In this document: piece after piece, positions 30,301-32,000 of the stretch | Position numbering within the stretch: the first letter of the stretch is position 1 | How the letters are laid out: each line of letters begins with the position of its first letter | From: Nitrosomonas europaea | Lineage (GTDB): Bacteria; Pseudomonadota; Gammaproteobacteria; Burkholderiales; Nitrosomonadaceae | NCBI RefSeq assembly: GCF_900167395.1 | Contig: NZ_FUWK01000005.1 | Coordinates: 1 to 32,000 of the forward strand | Reading direction: 5' to 3' | Length of the DNA stretch: 32,000 bases | Translations under genes and position numbers: made by a program | Notes under the pieces: model-generated | What the model was told of the DNA's origin: nothing | The model's database searches: none | The model's input: the letters and a program-made list of their open reading frames with translations, nothing else

Positions 30301-30811
30301 CGCCTGCATCCACCAGAAATTCGGTTCCATCGACACTGGCATTGACCACAGGTGTTCTGATTTTGAAGGGTTTAGGCGTGCGGGTGATGATGTGCATCAC
30401 GCCATTCATTAAATCCAGCAGAGTATTCTGCTCGACATCAGGGCCTGAGATAGTAATTGCCGTTCGCTGATTCAGCCGAAGCATGCTTTCGTTACTGAGC
30501 CGGAGCGCTGCACGACTGTTGGCGCGCACCCTCACTCTGTCACCGGCACAGAATGTGCTGTTGGAAGCAGCCATGTGCCAGCCCGAATCTCCCGGCCGGT
30601 GATATTCCACCACACCCTGCAATGAAACCATCCGTGCTACCGGTGCGTTGCATACCTCCTCCGCAAAGGCAATCGAAACAGCACCAGTCGTCATGAAAAA
30701 GCACAATCCCGGCAGAGCTCTGTAAAGTAATTTCAGTGTTGCAGGAATCCACCCGGTACATTGCGCATTTTTCATAAATTTATCATTTCGCCGTTGATAA
30801 CAGACAATCAT
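27314..30811 (-). CDS. Large secreted protein: FecR-like domain + TPR array + putative C-terminal outer-membrane beta-barrel
   Basis: 1165-aa ORF; ATG 30775 is an alternative start. Signal peptide ...GLCFFMTTGAVSIAFA-EE. The FecR-like block spans about residues 57-190 (LQGVVEYH..W......FCAGDRVRVRANSRAALRLSNESMLRLNQRTAITI....FKIRTPVVNASVDGTEFLV....VYEGRVKA). At least eight TPR-like repeats, with recurring A-x-x-L-D/N-P motifs, cover about residues 240-640. The last ~470 aa are rich in Tyr/Asn/Gly/Phe with alternating hydrophobicity and end RTLFARITLNF, an OMP beta-signal with a terminal Phe. Confidence 0.85.
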   Translation of the reverse strand: MIVCYQRRNDKFMKNAQCTGWIPATLKLLYRALPGLCFFMTTGAVSIAFAEEVCNAPVARMVSLQGVVEYHRPGDSGWHMAASNSTFCAGDRVRVRANSRAALRLSNESMLRLNQRTAITISGPDVEQNTLLDLMNGVMHIITRTPKPFKIRTPVVNASVDGTEFLVDAGGEDDSSPSVTIAVYEGRVKAGSDQDNLILANQEAAVFQENQPARKTVMVHPLDAVQWALHYPMLIDLYSRSGHENQQSPAVHHVIEQYRQGKLAEALAELDHLLAEELTVDALILRSELLLTTGRVKEALSDLQRTEQLEPGNSDALALHAMIFVVQNRKQEALALAGQAVRNNPASSAAKLALSYAQQANFQIETALASAEEAVRLDSQNALAWARLAELQMSAGKSDHALQSAERAVSLDPDLSRTQTVLGFAHLLQIDTHRAQVAFARATVLDQADPMPRLGIGIARIRENKLEAGRIDIETAASLDPANSLIRSYLGKAYFEEKRYPLAGTQFDLAKARDPNDPTPWLYDAIQKQTQNRPVEALRDVQKSIELNDNRAVYRSQLLLDQDQAARGSSLARIYDNLGFEKRALMETAKSLSFDPASHSAHRFLSDAYANVPRHEIARVSELLQAQLLQPVNVNPVQPRMAVADLNLITGTGPSAPGFNEFAPLMERNKAQLVASGVVGNHGALGDEVVVSGVYDRASVSVGQFHYQTDGFRPNNDQTHNIYNAFVQYAVTPDLNVQAELRRREKKHGDLLMDFDPKKFSEVARLNLEEDTARIGAMYRISPRQNFLFSTIYTHQDADVIEDLGSDFPFYGDQRSHGYQVEAQHILRKDRVNVITGGGIYRTNLTNDFRKNTEPLICMMMGCEKSKADKEQNVAYLYSNLNILKNVMATLGFSYQAYSNDAGGINRKVSEFDPKIGLQVDFHKNVRLRMAWFEALKRDLIGQATIEPTQIAGFNQFYDEMTGTKSRHKAVGLDIHFANAVYGGVEVSERDLDVPVIPELGVSDRDYYWDKQKEQLLRGYVYGTFRPNWVVAIEPEYEKFDRKERYADLPTNIHTLRAPISVSYFDQNGFWAKLTGTYVMQDVKWARFDEDTWLGWIEKKDSNFFLLDMVAGYRLPKRKGLLSFEVRNLLNKHFYYRNQYLYLSEPALPRYIPERTLFARITLNF

Positions 30812-30886
30812 AACAAATTGCCGGAATATGGTTTCAATACATCAGCATAACATCGCTACAGATTAACCGGTAAGGTGCTGTATCGA

Positions 30887-30902
30887 CGTGATTTTTGACA
30901 CA
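30887..30902. promoter_or_regulatory. CRP-like inverted repeat CGTGA-N6-ACACA upstream of the FecR-TPR-barrel gene
   Basis: It matches TGTGA-N6-TCACA at 8 of 10 positions. It is centred about 84 nt upstream of ATG 30811, in the 140-bp spacer. By itself this is statistically weak. Confidence 0.3.
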
Positions 30903-30951
30903 GTTGCCAACAGGAAATCTGCGGGCCGGATGTGCTGTCTGCATCCGGACA

Positions 30952-32000
30952 TCATTTCGATTGTATGGATATGATCAGCTCACCCGCTTCCCGGACTGGA
31001 AACAATCGGGGTTCACGGCAATAGGTAAGCATGAATCGGGTGGGGCCATCTTCGGGGAAACGTTCATGGATCATTTCGAATCGATGCAATGCATCCACCC
31101 GGTTGCCGGTTTGACAAACGTGCAGTGCTTGCTCATACGCGGCACACAGCTGTCTCTGCGCTGCATTGCTGCCACTCTGACGAGCGACCAGTTCAAACAG
31201 GTTGACCGGTTGTGACTTTCCCGGCAGCAGAAACCGCCCGAGCGGACGCAGCAGCAGATCATTCAACCCATTTACTACTTCTTCCGATACCAGCAACCGG
31301 GTACCCAGATGCTTATTGACTCCCTGGATACGGTTGGCTGTATTGACGATATCGCCCACCGCACGGTACTCATAATGCTGTCGTGCACCAATGTTGCCTA
31401 GTACCATTTCACCAAAATGTAACCCTAGCCGGGTTGGAAGGGGCGGACGGCCGTATCCGCCCTGGTGATTGAAGCGCTCTATCGCGCTGATGATATCCAG
31501 GCAAGCCAGGCACGCCCGTTCGCGCACAAGCGGATCAGCAGAACCAGCCGCCCAGATGGCCAGCATGGCATCGCCGATCACATCGGACACTTTGCCCTGA
31601 TAACGCTCAACCGGTTCAAACAGGCACTCATAATATGCATGCATGAGTGCGGCAAGCTGGCGAGGATCCATAGCTTCAGCAAGCGCAGTATATTTTTCCG
31701 CATCTGTCGCCAGGCAGGCTCCATAGACCAGTTGCCCTTCCGTATGGATCGGGCCTGCACCACGAACCATATCCCGCACCACTGGCTCTGGCCGATGTCC
31801 ACCAAACAGCGCCTCGATCCGCCTGCGTTCCCGGTCAGCTTCAAAATACAGCAGGGTGACGATCCCGATCACACCCACCGGTAACTGCACCATCAGCGGA
31901 ATAGCCAGAGGAATCCACAATTGCCATTGTCCGAACAGCCATACACTCGCACTGCCATAAGCACAAAACGACAGGATTCCTGCCAGTGCCATTCCCAGCG
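30952..32000 (-). CDS. Membrane-anchored class III nucleotidyl (adenylate/guanylate) cyclase, 5'-truncated by the window edge
   Basis: The frame stays open to nt 32000. Two hydrophobic helices are followed by a cyclase homology domain: metal Asp residues in CLATDAEKYT and VIGDAMLAIW, transition-state residues in GDIVNTANRIQG, and GLHFGEMVLGNIG. A ~75-aa C-terminal extension follows. A CHASE2-type periplasmic sensor upstream is inferred, not seen. Confidence 0.85.
   Translation of the reverse strand, partial: LGMALAGILSFCAYGSASVWLFGQWQLWIPLAIPLMVQLPVGVIGIVTLLYFEADRERRRIEALFGGHRPEPVVRDMVRGAGPIHTEGQLVYGACLATDAEKYTALAEAMDPRQLAALMHAYYECLFEPVERYQGKVSDVIGDAMLAIWAAGSADPLVRERACLACLDIISAIERFNHQGGYGRPPLPTRLGLHFGEMVLGNIGARQHYEYRAVGDIVNTANRIQGVNKHLGTRLLVSEEVVNGLNDLLLRPLGRFLLPGKSQPVNLFELVARQSGSNAAQRQLCAAYEQALHVCQTGNRVDALHRFEMIHERFPEDGPTRFMLTYCREPRLFPVREAGELIISIQSK

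Noticed and set aside
27314-30811. Marked intragenic GC contrast in the 1165-aa gene. 60-nt lines I counted in the barrel part were about 42-43% GC, against about 58% in the TPR part. This could suggest a mosaic or horizontal origin.
   Set aside because: Amino-acid composition explains it: the barrel is rich in Tyr/Asn/Phe/Lys/Ile, while the TPR part is rich in Ala/Leu/Arg/Gly. It is not evidence of a recent fusion without codon-level analysis.

Overview
This looks like a chromosomal window from a betaproteobacterium. The evidence is the gene order hfq-hflX-hflK-hflC-DUF2065-hisZ-purA, the block rplU-rpmA-obg-proB, and an ATP-grasp-type gshA fused by stop/start overlap to gshB. A Nitrosomonadales-like origin is only a guess. 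About two thirds of the window is conserved housekeeping. At the left edge, the 3' end of an IS3-family transposase abuts a 5'-truncated trypsin-like serine protease gene. An accessory stretch follows: an HI0933/BaiN-type FAD oxidoreductase, a secreted c-type cytochrome with a large unassigned N-terminal domain, a membrane-anchored hypothetical protein, DoxX, and a 794-aa membrane protein with a canonical EF-hand loop. After that comes a decayed BCAM0308/NMD3-like remnant lying directly against a lon gene, then two small ORFs. The right-hand 6 kb is the most unusual part. It holds four co-directional minus-strand genes: a membrane-anchored class III nucleotidyl cyclase (5' end outside the window), a 1165-aa protein combining a signal peptide, a FecR-like domain, a TPR array and a putative outer-membrane beta-barrel, a ~140-aa bitopic protein, and a Crp-family cNMP-binding regulator. 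I read this as a candidate envelope-to-cyclic-nucleotide signalling module that I cannot match to any characterised pathway. I recognised no rRNA, tRNA or CRISPR array. All calls come from reading the supplied translations and DNA by eye; no searches were run.
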